64,000 nucleotides of DNA from Eledone cirrhosa (GCA_964016885.1 OZ024741.1:156984001-157048000), one strand, 5' to 3'; shown: positions 26,635-41,711, counted from the stretch's first letter. The notes: generated by a model from the letters alone, not told the origin. Made by a program: numbers and translations.

Positions 26635-29600
26635 GTTTAACGTCTATCTTCCCTTCACTTCCTTCTCCATTCTATTCTATTCTTAATGTTCACCCTTTCC
26701 TGATCTGTCCTTCTCTCTCTCTCCTCTCTGCCCTCTTGACCATATATGGCAAACACTGGAACCTTCAACCATACCAATGGTCAAAGAAAAATTGTTCCTC
26801 ACCACACCACTTAAATTGATAATGCAAAACTCTTTAACACCATCCCCTCTCTTCCTAACTTTCTCTACTTATCACTCTAACTGTATTTTACTGTATTTTA
26901 TTTTATTTTACTGTCATTTGATTTATTCTTGCTCTATTTTCTTTTCATAAATGTAAATACCATTTTTAAATTGAACATCTTATTCCTGAATTCTATGCAA
27001 TGCTAGAAAGACACTACCACAAACAATTATACGCTTTCTGAAGACGTGTGATAAATAATTAATTATTGCATATTGCGATTGAACAATATATGTAGACTGT
27101 ATAATAGGCATATGTAGACTATTTTAATAGTCACAGAAACATATTTTAAAGCCAATAAATTCTTCCTCTCCCTTGTTGGTGCAATACTTGCTCATATATA
27201 TTGGTGCTACTGGTAACATGTATCCCAGTACAACCTGTCTCATGGTCGGGTCGTTGGCGACTAAACTGGCAACCCCACCAGGTTTCTTGGTGAGGAGGGT
27301 GACTCTGGACATCCTGCAGGACTAAAAACAAAACCTGTCAAAGGGCAAAGGAGCTCTTAAGAGTCAATGGCCATCCCAAATCACCGGGAGAGATGACCCC
27401 TTAGCCTTTGTCAAGGCAGAATTCTAGGAGAAGGAAAACTCTGATATAACACCTGCAACTCTGATGGTATCCAATGATGTTGACTTGTTTTTCTTTTTGG
27501 TAAATATCATCTTGGTTAAGAGAGTGGGACTGGCTTTGTGCAGAGCCTTTGCTCACTGTAAAAGCTTCACGGCATAGGCATTGCTTTATATCTGGAGATC
27601 TCTCTGCACTTGTTGTCACATGGTACCATGGGCCTAGCACTATGTGTCAATAATTGTCACAGGTGTAGTGTTTGTACCAGAGTTTTCAAGTCGCTGGCTG
27701 GACTAAAGTCACATTCGTTCAGCGCATCGGTAGGAGTTCTACATGAATATAAAGTAGTGGCCTTACTCGAAAACGAGTTGGCAGCCACCATGTATATACA
27801 TGATGGTCTAATGTATGCAAACATGGAAAAGCAGATGTAAAATGATAATGGACAGCCAGGATTGGAAACATGCTGTGATTTGAACAGCCTAAAACTGTGA
27901 TCTAAACTGACCCATACATGTGTACCCTCTTCCCATCACCTTCTACTATCGCCCCTTAATAGCTATTCTTACTTTCACTGTACACCTCCACACTGTAGAT
28001 TGGCTACCCCTGCCCTCCCACTCATCATGTTTTACCCTATCGAATCTTACCACTTTACCACACTTGAGAGGAGATACCTATAATGTATCGTCCCTCATTA
28101 GGTCGTTGATAATAGGAAGGACACCCTGCTGTTGAAACCGTGACAAAACAGTTGAGGACAATTTAGCTGTGTCAGGGTCACAGCTTCCTTTCTAGTGATC
28201 TACACTATAAACAAGTCCAGTACACTCCGTAATGCAGTAGAAGTGCATCCAGCCATATAAAACTTGTCAAACAAAGAGTCAAGAGGACATAGATATGACA
28301 ATCTCCTTATTAGTGTTGGTGATCTACATAAAATATGCACCCGGTGCATGGGGCCATATGTAGGTGAGATGCAAACCACCAGCCCATTTAACAGATCAGT
28401 ATCTTTGCTTGAGTTCTGACTGGTCAATGATGATATGACCATGTTTTTAACTCTACCCAGGAACTCACTCACCCCTAAAATCCTAACACACAAGTCATAA
28501 CCTACTTCTCACTAACTCTTATCACAATACCTAAGGTCACTCTCTCCTCCTCCCAACTCACCATCCTGCTAAATCCCACCACTCTACTGACCCATTATAT
28601 AATTATCACACTTCACGTCCCTGTCCCCTGCCCCATAGAGAAAAGAGGGTTCTTCAGTTGAGCCCTGTAAGGTAGTTAGTGATAAGAAAAGCATTCCACA
28701 ACAAAAGCTATGACAAAGGGGTCATAGGGACCTTCCAGTTGTGTCAAGGCTATAACAACCTCTCTAGTGTTGGTAATGATAAATGCACGCATGATAAATT
28801 CATACATGGTGATAGGAAGAGCATCCATAAAAAACTTGTCAAATAATGGGCCAAGAGGACATAGATATGATAACCTCCATAGTGTTACATATGATCAGTG
28901 CACAAGATCATATGTGAGATGCAAATCCCCAGTCCATTTAACAGATCAGTATCTTTGCTTGAATACTGACTGGTCTATGATGATATGACTAACCTTTGCT
29001 AGCATGAAAACAGACATTAAACAAAGATGATGATATATGTATATATTGATTTCAGATTATCTGTGTTAGAAGAAGCAAGAAGTCAATATACAGAATATGG
29101 ATTATCTAGATGAACTTGAATTGATTTTCTCTCAGATAAGAAATCTTCATCATCATCATTTAACATCTATTAGGATGGGTCATCACAAACCATGTCTATA
29201 CTTAATTGACACTGTTAACATTTCAGTTGAGTTGGATACTACAATTCACTTACATACATTTCCATACTTTATAAAGTGTACTGGGAGCATACAAACATGG
29301 CAACCCTTGATTTTGCAATTTCTCTTTCTGTAAAGTGATTAGTAATAGAATACCCTTTCTATTACCAATCACTTTACAAACTACTGCTTGCATTTTATCC
29401 TGGCACTAACACTACTTTGATACAACTGAAGTCTTCTCAACCCATTGTTTGGCAAGTTTTTCATAGTTGGATGCCATTCACATTGTCATATATTTCTTGG
29501 TAAAGCTAACTTGTTGGATTAAACAAAAGCTGTTATTAATTAACCTTTCTGTTTCCAACCTACCTGAAATTGCTTCTGGTTTCTGTAATACAAAGATTTT

Positions 29601-30409
29601 AATTTTGAAATGTTCATATTTTTAATCCTTCCATCATAATTTTATATAAGAACTTCTAGTATGTTCCAAACACCAACTTAACCCTTTAATATTTACATTA
29701 CTCTATATTTACTATTGCATTTTTGTGGTAAAGGTGTTATTTTACATAATTATCTCACATAATATCGAATTTATGAGATTTTGATGTTAATTATTTTGAG
29801 AACAATACTTTAATGTCAGCATGAGCGGTCAGTTACAGCTAGTTTGAACAGAGAGAAGTGAGAGAATTCTGGCCGAATTAAATGTGAAATTTAGTTATAT
29901 TACTAAATCTCTTAAACATTTTTTATTATTTTCAAAATGAATTGAAAGCTGCACTTCTCATAGTTTTTGATATTCTTTTCTAGATGGTTGCCCTTTCTAT
30001 TACCAATCATTTGTTAAATATGTACTGTGTACATTTTATCATGACCCCCAACACTAGAGGGATTGTCAGCTAGATTTATGTGACTAAACTCTGGCTATGC
30101 TTTATTAAGCAGGAAGGAAGGGACTAAGAGATACAACAGAGTAATCTGGAATTACCCTAAAGTGTAGTCCTCTTTTAATTAAAAATCATGGTTATTATTA
30201 TGCACAAGGTGGTGGATTGGCAGAATTGGTAGTGCATCAGACAAAATACTTTGTAGTATTTACTTATGATCCTTTACATAACTTCACATTAAAATCCTGC
30301 TGAGATCAGCTTTCTCTTTCATCTTCCTGCGGTTGATAAAATACTAATCAATATAATCAACATTACTGGACTTGTGCCTAATTTAAAAACCATTATTATA
30401 AATTTTGTT

Positions 30410-32930
30410 TTCTTCATTTATCTTGCTTTAGGTTCATAGGAGTTATCACCAAGTCACAACCAGTGACCTCAAGAGACAACAAGGTCCGCCATGTTCAAGA
30501 GAGAACACATACACACATACATGTATCTTTAGGTGTTTAGACTTGTAATGTATTTATATTGACAGAATCTTGCTTAGTGTATGGGCAGTTCCCATTAGTA
30601 CTAGCTTTAGTATTTCTTCTACATATAGGATTCCTGGGATTTGGGATAAGTAATCATTAGACCCCTTAGGTATCATTCCTAGAGCTTCCACATTTTTCCA
30701 ATCTCTATCTCCAGGTCTTTATACTTGTTCAATTTTTCAGATGTTTTTATAGATACATTTTTGTCTATAGGAACGGACATGTCAATTAGCAGGCATACCC
30801 TCTTTTTAAAGTCCTTCAGTATTATATCAGGTCTATTTGCATCTATTTTTCGGTCTGTTTGGATGCTAAAGTTCCACAAAATTGAGATGTGACCTTTTTC
30901 AGGTATGGGAGGTGGTTGATGCTCCCACCAATTCTTTTGATGGGGAAGGTCAAAATGCATACACATTACCCAATGTATGTATTGTGCAGCTCTATTGTGC
31001 CTGTTTAGGTATTTGGTTGGAGCTATAGGGCTACACATTGAAATTATATGATCAATGGTCTCTGGTTGTTTTTTACATATACAGCATAATGGGTTGCATC
31101 CATTTTTTATGATTTTGGCTTGTTAATTTTTTTGTTGGCAGACACTAATCTTGTGCTGTTATAATCAGTCCTTCAATCTCCGATTTCAGTCCAGAGGATA
31201 CCAACCATTGATGGGTTAAAGTTTTGTCAACATCATGATTGTTAGCTCTTTCTGGGTATTTTCCATACAGAGGCTTTTCTTGCTATTTCTTAACCAGTTT
31301 CTGTAGCAGTTATTTCTTTGCAGTTACTTTTACCTGCTTTGCTTTTTTTGTGTTTTTCATTTCAGCAGTAAATGGAACTTCTGAGATTTGTAGTCCATTA
31401 CTGTATCTTTGTGCATCTTTTGTAATGGAGTATGATCTTTTGATGCTTTCGTGTTTCAAAACGAGTTTGATCATCCAATCATGTGATTCCCTTAGATATG
31501 TAGATAATCCAATTGTTGCAGTTTTCTAAGAAATATCTCACTGGATTAATCCACATCCTCCTTCTTTCCTAGGGAGATATAGTCTATCTGTGATGCATTC
31601 TGTGCATGGTTAAGAATTTTCTCATTTTTGTATCGAGCCTACGGATCTCTGTGCTTGACCAGTTGATTACATTGTAACTGTAGGTTACTACTGGTATGGC
31701 AAGAGTGTTTATAGCATTGATCCTATTCCTTGCATTTAACTCCGTTCTTAAGATTGCTATTACTTTGCGGTAACATTCCTTCCTTATCCTTTCCCTTATT
31801 GTCAAGTGCTTGATTCCATCTCCTTCACACGCACCTAGATATTTGTAAGTTTCCTCTTGATCAAGTTCTCTTATCACATTCCCCCGATCAAGATTAATGT
31901 CTGAACTTCTCAGCAGCTTTCCTCTGGTGAACGTGGCTTTGACGCATTTATCTAGTCCAAACACCATTTTAATATCATTACTGAACTGTTTCACAGTGGA
32001 TAATAGCCATTGTAATTGTTGCTCATCAGTTTTTGCAAATAGTTTCAGGTCATCCATGTAGAACAAGCGATTAAGGGTTTTGTCATAGACTTTATATCCA
32101 TGTTTTGTTTCATTGAGCATTTTACTTAAGTGCAACGCAGAAGAAAAGCAGTGTTAAAGAGTCACCCTAAAAAATTCCACAATTAATATTAACTTCTCCA
32201 GCTTCCAGTGATTTTCTTTCACTATTCAAAATGAGTGTCGTTTTCCATGTCTTCATACTGAATGACAAGAACCTCCTGACAACGGGAGATATTTTGAAAA
32301 TCTCTAAACACTTTTCAACCCAACTGTGTGGCAAACTATCGAATGCTTTTTTGTAATCTATCCAAGCAATTGATAGATTTTTGTGTCTCTTATGACAATC
32401 TTCCAGTATCATTTTGTTAACCAAAAGCTGATCTTTACAGCCATATGAGCCTCGTTTACACCCTTTCTGCTCATTGGGAAATAGATCATTTGTTATCAGG
32501 TGATCATATGTATATTCAGTTAGGACTGATGTTAAGATTTTATAGATTGTGGTCAAGCAAGTTATCGGTCTGTAATTTTTTGGATTATTTGTCTCATCAT
32601 TCTTCGGAAGTAAGAATGTAATGCCGTTAACTAGCCATGATGGTATCTTTTCTGGCTCCTTAACCATTTCATTGTAAAGTTGGGCTAACAGCTCATGAGA
32701 GTCTGTGAAGGCATTTATAAAAAAATTTGGTATTTTGTCTTTCCCTGGGGATTTCCATTTGCTGGATTTTCTAAGAGCTAAACGCAGATGTTCAACTGTT
32801 ATATTTTCCCATGTTTGTTCCTCAAGGTGAGCTGTATCTTTCATTTGTCTGTCTATCCATGGGGCATGTATATCATGAACTTTGTCTATCTATCCATGGA
32901 GCATGTATATTATGAAATTTTGTCTGTCTA
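30410..32930 (-). mobile_element. R4/Dong-like LINE, 5'-truncated (RT, Cys/His region, restriction-like endonuclease)
   Basis: NYRPITCL, EQKGC, WIDYKKAFDSLPH, LFYMDDLKL, YKYLG, RHNRAA, NRPDIIL...LIDMSVP...EKLNKYKDL; several stops and frameshifts. Confidence 0.92.
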
Positions 32931-32959
32931 TTATTAGTATTATTATTATTGCTGTTTTT

Positions 32960-33650
32960 TGGGTAGTGGATTGGCAGTATCAGTAGAGGGTCAGATGCCA
33001 TGCTTTGACGCATAGAGTTATGGCCCTTGCCATTCTGAGATCAAATCCTGCCGATGTTAACTTTGCCTTTCATCCTTACGGGGTCGATAAAATAAAGTAC
33101 CAGTAATGAACTGGGTAATTGCTGGCCTTGTGCCAAAAAGTAGAAATAATAATTATTATTATTATTGCTGTTTTTTGGGCGGTGGATTGGCAGTATCGGT
33201 AGAGGGTCAGACGCCATGCTTTGCAGCATAAAGTTACTGCTCTTTATGATCTGAGTTCAAATCCTGCCGAGGTTAACTTTGCCTTTCAATCTTACGGAGT
33301 CGATAAAATAAAGTGCCCGTGACACACTGGGATCGATTTTAATCGACTTTTCCCTCCCCACCAAATTGCTGGCCTTGTGCCTATATAAGAAACCATTATT
33401 ATTATTGCTGTTGTTGTTGTTGTTGTTATAGGGCTGTGAATTGGCTGAGTTGTTAGAGAATCAGTCAAATGCTAGGCAGTATTTCTTCCAGTTCTTTATG
33501 TTCTGAGTTCAAATCTCACTGAGGTTAGCTTCGCTTTCATCTTTACAGAGTCAATAAAATAAAGTACCAGTTAAACACTGGGGTTGATTTAATCAGCTTC
33601 CCCTCCCCAAAAAATGTTGCCCTTGTCCCTAAATCAGAAACCATTATTAT
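32960..33650 (+). mobile_element. Three head-to-tail SINE family A copies
   Basis: Copies start near 32960, 33177 and 33431, each ending ccttgtgcc...agaaa followed by (TTA)n. Confidence 0.9.
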
Positions 33651-34099
33651 TACCTACTTGAAACATTAATATACTTCAATAATTTTGTGTCTCAAACTCC
33701 CTAGGCACATGGATTACATTATCATTACTAACGAGTAACATTTTAAATGAGGATAGAAATTAAATTTGCCGCAGAGAGGACTTGATGCAATTTTGTTTGA
33801 AGTATCAGTCAACCATATCAATGGATTCCTCATATCTAAATTGAATTTCATATTTACCAAGCCATTATATATGATATAGCAATTTGTAAATATAGATATG
33901 CATGAATAGATATATGTATATGTGTATAAATATATGTGTGTGTATATATGTGTGTATATGTGCAAATATGTGTGTATATGATATATGTATATGTGTGTGT
34001 GTGTATAGATATATGTATATATATATATGTGTGTGTTTATGTATATAGATATCACAGTTACAGGAAGTCCCTTGACACCATCATGATAAAGTTTGACGT

Positions 34100-34460
34100 G
34101 ATAGACCGGATCACAAAATTGTCAGCTGCATCAAGGCAACGTCCAAGCTGATTGAAGGTTTCTTCGTAAAGAAAGGTATTTCATTTATTTGCCTGGTTCC
34201 CTATCCAACTAACATGGCTCCTTCTGATATTTAGATGTTTCCAAAAATGAAGATGGCACTGAAAACCCCAGCTTTGTGAGTTGACATGCAGACTACAATG
34301 GCAGAGCTGAGAACCATTCTGGAAGAAACATTCCAGATGTATTTCAAACAGTAGAAGGATCACTGGGATAAGTGTGTGGAGACACAAGGGACCTATTTCG
34401 AAGGGGATTGGCAATTGAATCCCACCAAGTATGCAATTTTTTTCCTCAACTTAAAGTGAG
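34100..34460 (+). mobile_element. Mariner transposase 3' remnant
   Basis: Translates as PYPTNMAPSDI*MFPKMKMALK and HWDKCVETQGTYFEGD, matching the mariner YSPDLAPSD and C-terminal GxYFE motifs. Confidence 0.75.
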
Positions 34461-34624
34461 ATACTTTTTCAACAGACTTTGTGTGAGTGTGTGTGTTTAT
34501 GTTTGTGTTTGTCTTTATGGCCCATAGCATAGCAGTTCAACAAAGAAATTGATAGAATAAGAGTTGAAAAATAATAAATGCTAATAATAAAACCAGTAAA
34601 ACAATCTAAAAAACAAACAAACAA

Positions 34625-34990
34625 ACAATTGTTTCTACTTTTGGCACAAGGTCAGCAATTATCCCAGTGCATTATTGGTGCTTTATTTTATCGACCTCAT
34701 AAGTATGACAGACAGGCAAAGCTAACCTTAGCAGGATTTGAACTCAGAACGTAAAGGGTCGTAACTCTGTGTTGCAAAGCATGATGCTCTATGAAACAAA
34801 TAATGGTTTCTATTATTTGTTTGATAGCACAAGGCCGGCAGTTTTTGGGGAGGGAGGGCACAGGAAAGTTAATTATATCGACCCCAGTATTCGACTGGTA
34901 CTTTATTTTATTGATTCTAGATGAACGGCAAAGTTGATCTCAGTGGGGTTTGAACTGAAATGAATACTGTTCAACTGGCTCTGCTAACCA
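34625..34990 (-). mobile_element. Two SINE family A copies
   Basis: Reverse complement of SINE A core and tail, twice. Confidence 0.8.
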
Positions 34991-37065
34991 ACCACCCCTT
35001 CCATGAATAAATAATAAATAAAAATAAAATAAAAGTAAACAACAAGATTAAGTTACCTTTGGGAATATGTTTCACTTTTCAATAAAAAAAATAAATTATA
35101 TATTAATTTCATTGTTTACTTGCATTGGCTTAAATAACTGTACTGACAAACATTGTAGCTGTATAGTGTGTGTATGTATGTATATGTGTGCACAGAACAG
35201 GATATGTGTGTGTTTATCTATGTATATGTACACATATCTGAATTCTTGTTAATGTGATAAAGAAGGAGAGACAAGATATAGAATAAATTACATTGCCATA
35301 AAAAATCCCCCAATAAAACCATTAATCTATACACATTATTTACTAGCTTTGACTTAAATAACTTTCCTGGTAAACACTCATAGTACAGTGTGTGGGTGGA
35401 TGTATGTGCATATGTACCTATATATGTATATATGTGTACATGGGTTCTATTCCTGGACCAGTTGAAAATGAGTACCAATAGTAACTATGTGGGGGGGAGA
35501 GTTTAACCCTGCAATGGACTCACATCCTGTCCAGAGGGGCATAGTCTTGTATTCTTAGACACTTAACACCAATTAAATATGTGTGCATATGTATATATAT
35601 ACATACATATGTATATACACACATATATATATATATATTGAGAGAGAGACTGAGCATAAGAGGAATCAAATGCTGTGTGTTGGAGAGGACCCAGTACTCA
35701 CTGTAAATGAGGTTGGTGTTAGGAAGGGCATCCAGCTGTAGAAATCAAGCCAAAATCAGTTCCTGTATGAGCAAGGCAAGGTCACTCGACCTGGCACTGC
35801 CCACAACAGGACAACCCGTCTAACCCATGCTAGCATAGAACAATGGACGTAATACGGTGATGATGATGATGATGATATATATATATATGATTCGGGAACC
35901 ATCTGCTATTGATATAACACCATATTTTCAGGCTTGTCCATTATATGTCGTCCATTATATGTTTGGGTTCAACGCTACCTAATTCTGCAGACAACACCTG
36001 ATGAGATTGCCTTGTCTTGAATCATAATCAGTTGATGGGCTATCAAAATATGTATAGTGATTTTGTGGAATTAAAATTCTATAGTAAATTTCCCAATTCA
36101 GCCTTCTTTTGTTGTTTTCATGAATACTTTACCCAGTTCCTGAACCAACCACTGGATACCTCATCTACAAAGGATGATTTGCTTAATGTTGAGTGGTTTA
36201 ATTAGTTTGTCGCATCATCATTTACCAACCCAAATCAATAGTTCTACCCATTGGTAAACAACCTAACATAAATGATATATATATCATCATCATCATCATC
36301 ATTTGTTGAATATATATGTATGTGTGTGTAATATATATGTATGTGCATAATATATATACGCATATATATATAGATTATTAAGTTATACTATTCATATTTA
36401 CTTAAGTATCATTTTGTTTGATTTGACTTCCATGAAATCTAATAATTATATTGTAGATGTTCTTGGATTAAGTTTCATGAGATATTTAGTTTAATTCCCA
36501 AAACATTATATGTCCATTCTTGTTTACTGTAAAACTACAGAAACAGTGAAAAGATGATGTAGGAAGGAGTGATCCCTATTTTTTGCCAATGTTGACCTTA
36601 GTTCTTCATATATGTTATGATGAAAAAAATTAATCTTACTACACTATTCCATTTTGATGTATGCAAGTGGAAATATTTGAGAGTCAGCCATGATGAAGAA
36701 GAATATAATTTTGTAAACACTAACATAGAAATACAAAATATTGACAATACTCCCCCTTTACAAAACTTCATCTATGTACAACACTTCAGGTATATCACAT
36801 GTGTGTCGAGCAGAAAATAAAATATGCACACAAAAATTATTGTTTGCCAAATCAACCAGGATATATTATGGGGGTCTGTAATTGAACTATGCAGAAATTC
36901 TAAACTTGTCTGTTGATGAAGCAAATAAGTTAACACAATCAAAATCTGAGTTTGCCAAGCTAGTCATTGAAACAAACCTGTCACAAGGACATCAATGAAC
37001 TTAATGGAGGATCTCTTGGAAGGAAGATAGTAGTCAACCACACAAATTTTACCTAAAAAAATAGT

Positions 37066-37291
37066 TTAACTCTTTAGTATTTTACATTACTCTATATATA
37101 TATTATTGTATTTTTGTGGTAAAGGCTTACATAATTATCTCACATAATATCAAATCTATGAGATTTTGATGTTATTTATTTTGAGAAGAATACCTTAACG
37201 TCAGTATGAGCAGCCGGTTATGGCTGGTTTGAACAGAAAAAAATGAGAGAATTCTGGCTGGATACAGCTGGTTTAAATGCTAAAGGGTTAA
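37066..37291. mobile_element. TTAA-flanked MITE
   Basis: ttaactctttagtattt...aaatgctaaagggttaa termini; related partial copy at 29678-29885. Confidence 0.75.
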
Positions 37292-37537
37292 AACGTCCAA
37301 CATCACATGTGTATATATAAGTTTCAGTTTATAGAATTTACATATGAACTAGGCATGGTTGAGTGAAAACACTTCTTGATATGAAACTGCCAAAAAACTC
37401 CCTTGGTTCCCTAATACAAAACTGTTTTACCTATGTTTTCCATGCTGGAAAGGGTTGGACAGGTTGTCACATTCTGAAAACTATGACAGGCCAGGTTTTA
37501 TCTTGTTCATGCATTCTATTTTTGGCATTATTTCTGC

Positions 37538-37722
37538 ATTGGATTGGCAGATCCGGTAGAGGGTCGGACGCCATGCTTTGACGCAAAGAGTTATGGCCCT
37601 TTCCATTCTGAGTTCAAATCCCGCCGAGGTTAACTTTGCCTTTCATCCTTACGGGGTCGATAAAATAAAGTACCACTAATACACTGGGTAATTGCTGGCC
37701 TTGTGCCAAAAGTAGAAACAAT
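37538..37722 (+). mobile_element. SINE family A inserted in an older RTE tail
   Basis: Full head, core and tail match to the other copies. Confidence 0.9.
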
Positions 37723-40594
37723 CATTTCTATAGCTGGATGCACTTCCTATTGAAAACAACTTTATAGAATGCACTGGGTGCATTTTATCATGGCACCAAA
37801 ACTACAAACCTTCCAGGCATGAATAAACTGTGTGTGCTTCAACTGACTGGTACTTTATTTATCAACCTCAAAAGGAAGAAAGGCAAAGTTAACTTCGGTG
37901 TCAAAACAAAGCATTTTATCCACTGTTCTGACTCTGCCAGTTGTCTACAATATACATCATTTAACCTACATAGCAACATGCTACAAGAAGAGAAAACTAT
38001 TTGTGATGTTAAGCATGTTAATCTATCATCATCATGAAGTATACAAATGAAATGCATTTGATGCGATTCTCCTCAGTTGAAATAGCTAATGCAAAAAGCA
38101 TGTACATTAAAAGCATCCAGTGGAAATAATCATTTTAGAAGCCTGAAATGATGTCTTGATTTCCATTTGTTCAATAAGAAGAAAAAATAAATAATACTGC
38201 AGTTTGAAACACTGAAACTGCAGCAGTCAGATCTAAGCAACTGAAATTGTAGCTAGGCATTTTGGTGGGAAGTTTGTGGGGTTTTTGGTTGTGTTTTTGT
38301 AGGGTTTGTGGTTTTTGTTGGTTGTGCTTTGAGGGGTTTTGTGATTTTTGTTGGTTGGGTTTTGAAGGGTTTGTGGTTTCTGAATAAATAAATGTAACAT
38401 GAAAGTAGGAGATAATGTTAGATGTTATTGTTACACTGTCTTGTGGCTTTTGTATGTGGGTGGTTGGTGTGAATGAAAGTGGGTGAGAAGATGGGGAAGG
38501 CGTGTGGAAGAGATAGAGAGGAATAAGAGGGAAAGAGAGAGAAAATGAATGGATAAGAAATTTTGAGAGAGAAAAGCTATTCTAAAGATAACAAGATAGA
38601 TCTGTGAACGCTTGTAGTGTTTTTTTATGTGAAAGACACTAACATCTCTGTCAAAGGTGACAGATTAATTAATTGAAAGTATGGATTTATAATCTTCCCA
38701 CACAGCTACAGTTTTAACTCTTTCATTACTATATTTCCCATGAAAAATGCTACTTATCATTTTCAAATAATTTTGAAATTAAGAATTTGGAGGGATTTAG
38801 TAATATAACTAACTTTCTCATTAAGTTAGCGTTTGGAACATAACTTAAAGATTCTTCCATAAAGTTGTGATGGCGGGATTTTAGATAAATATAAACATTG
38901 ATCAATGGAACTGCTGGCTCATGAAATTAACATGTCAGTAGCTGAGTATTTCACTGTACTCTTAACGTAATTCTCAGGGAGATTCAGCATAATATAGGAT
39001 GTGACAAGGGTGACCTTTTGAATTACAGGCACAGTCCATCTTGTTTTATAGTATAAAGTGGTTGAATATGTACCCTTAATACAATTTTCAGGGAGATTCA
39101 GAATGACAGTGTGTGACAAGACTGGATTTATGAATTATAGGTACAATCTACTTGATGGTCTTCCAAAAAGTTTCCATCAACCCAATTTCACTCACAAGGC
39201 ATGGGTCAACATGAGGCTATTATAAATGACACTTGCCCATGATGCCACATAGTTGGATCAAACCTGGGACTTTATGATTGTTAACCATTTGGCCATGCTG
39301 CATTCACAGTAATGAATAATAGAAGAAGGAACCTCACAACCAACAATACCTAAAGCCACATAACTACCATTAACAAGAATGGTTGCGTGGGTAAGAGGGG
39401 AATACCCAGACACCTGTCGCATACGAAACAGTAAAATGAGTACTACCATATATGATAGTAGATTGAATAAATTGCAGGGCTCAGGTCCCATTTTTGACTA
39501 TGAAAATGAGGTTAAAAATGGAATTTAGGTATTTCTAGTGATTTATTCTATTTCTTATATCTTTAGAGCTAGAACTTTTCTCCATTTTTTTTATAATTTA
39601 CTTTATGGTATTAACCCTTTTGATACAATGTGATTTTTGTTGATTGGAGTTTCTTTTGGGGAGGGGTTGTAGCTTCTGTTGGTCTGTTTGAATAAATATA
39701 GCATGAAAGTAGGAGATAGGGTAGGATGTTATTGTTACATTGTCTTGTATATTTATATGTGGGTGGGTATCAGAGAGGAGTAAGAAGTAGCAGTGAGTGA
39801 AAGTAAGAGGAAAGTGGGAGTGAGAGTGATTGAGAGAGAAGGAGAGTGAAAATGAGAGAGGAGGAGAGTAGAAATGAGAGAGAAACGGGGGAGGACAGTG
39901 GAAATGAGAGAAATGAGAAAAACAATCTTAATGACTCATTCTATTTAAGAAAGGTTAAGGAGTGAACCTCCACATATATAATTAATAAAAATCCAATAAG
40001 AGACACGTCAATAACGCCGCAACCATCAGGATGTAACTCTTCCCTGAACAATACGGCCATCATTGTCAAAAGAATTGTGCTTACATCTGTCGTTTGTCAT
40101 AAGAACCAAAAATTCATCATTCTTGTTGCCTTGCAGGACAAATACAGTTATTAATTACTTCTTCATAGACTCTATTGAAATAGCCTGGTGATGGCTTGAC
40201 TTTAAAGTTCTAACGAAATAGGTTGCTAACGCCTTCTACTGACATAGGTTGCTATGAAACACACCAGTTGGTGATTAATTAAAACCAACATTTATATTGA
40301 AGCCAATTAATTAACCCTAGCTTTTTCAATGACATTTACGAACAGTCATTCATCTTTCCCATGTAACTACAGTGAAATGTAATATTGTTGACTGAAGAAA
40401 TTGTATTCTAACTGTGAGGACATTATACGGTTTGGAAAAGTCTTTTACTGTGTTTATTAGTTTCAGTCATTAGGCTGTGGTCATGCTATGGCACAACCTT
40501 AAAGGGGTTTAGTTGATCATATAAACACAATTACTACATATTAGTTTCCAGTTTTGTACTTGTTTTATCAACCATTAAGTTATGAGACATTATA

Positions 40595-40750
40595 CAGGTA
40601 AAATTCCGGTATAACGAATACCATTATAACAAATTTTTTTCAATCCCTGGCCACATGCTCAATCTATTAGCTCGATCTTGTTATAAAGAATTTTTGGTTA
40701 CAACCAATTTTTTTATACCCAGTTAGTTTTATTTTAATGGAATTTTACTA
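40595..40750. mobile_element. Pogo/Tigger-like MITE
   Basis: ta-caggtaaaattcc...ggaattttacta-ta termini. Confidence 0.5.
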
Positions 40751-40770
40751 TATATATATATAGAGAGAGA

Positions 40771-41580
40771 GAATATCTTATACATATCACTGATGAGTCA
40801 ATAAAATATCGTTCCCTAGAGATATACACAACCTCAAGCAATTTAAACATAAGGAGCCTGACCAAAATCTTTGACCACAAAAACAGCCTGTGAATTGAAA
40901 AATAAATAAGTCAGACTACTTCAATAGATTGAGATGGTCATCATTATAAGATCAAATTCTTTGACTGTTCCTGCAGTTTCTAATTTGGAGAATAAATCAA
41001 ACCATATCAATAGATCGATATGGTCATCATAACCATAACCAAATTCATCATCGGAGAGTTTCTGTTTAGTATAAGAATTGATATCTGTTAAGAGAGATTT
41101 TTTCCTCGTCCATACAACATGGTACGATCAAATTAAATAATAATAATTGTTTCTACTTTTGGCACAAGGCCAGCAATTATCCCAGTGTATTACTGGTACT
41201 TTATTTTATCGACCCCCATAAGGATGAAAGGCAAAGTTAACCTCGGCGGGATTTGAACTCAGACCATAAAGGGCCGTAACTCTATGCTGCAAAGCATGGT
41301 GTCCGACCCTCTACCGATACTGCCAATCCACCGCCTGTAATAATAACACACACATGCATGCACCAAATAATCAAGTAAATATTTATATAAACGGACAAAA
41401 AGACAGGCTTAAAATGCCGTTAGAAATAGCACTGAATATGGGTCATCTTAACAGCTCAACATTAGTTAGGAGCAGTATTATTAATTATACATAATTAGGG
41501 ATTTTGGTCAGACTCCTTATGTTTAAGTTGCTTGTGAATGATATTTTATCGACCTCCCAGTGATATGTATAAGATATTCC
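40771..41580. mobile_element. Non-autonomous element with ~80-100 bp terminal inverted repeats and a nested SINE A (41141-41335, minus)
   Basis: gaatatcttatacatatcactg...cagtgatatgtataagatattc and aaacataaggagcctgaccaaaatc / gattttggtcagactccttatgttt. Confidence 0.75.
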
Positions 41581-41711
41581 ATATATATATATTTACTTCT
41601 CTGAATAATATATCTTAACAACTTCTTTTCATTGAGATGTTATGTATATTCGTGATAAATTTTGATTATGTATAATTTTCCTTAGTTTATATATACACAC
41701 ACACACACACC

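Noticed and set aside
27030-27120. CTGAAGA...gaacaatatatgta hammerhead-like relic
   Set aside because: The core is not intact and stems cannot be drawn confidently.
38200-38380. Possible extra minus-strand exon after a ttattcag acceptor
   Set aside because: Basic, repetitive K/P/Q/N translation unlike the acidic protein; no clear donor; flank is duplicated at 39685.
40790-40830. CTGATGA as a hammerhead core
   Set aside because: No GAAA/stem III follows, and the opposite TIR has a different sequence at this position.
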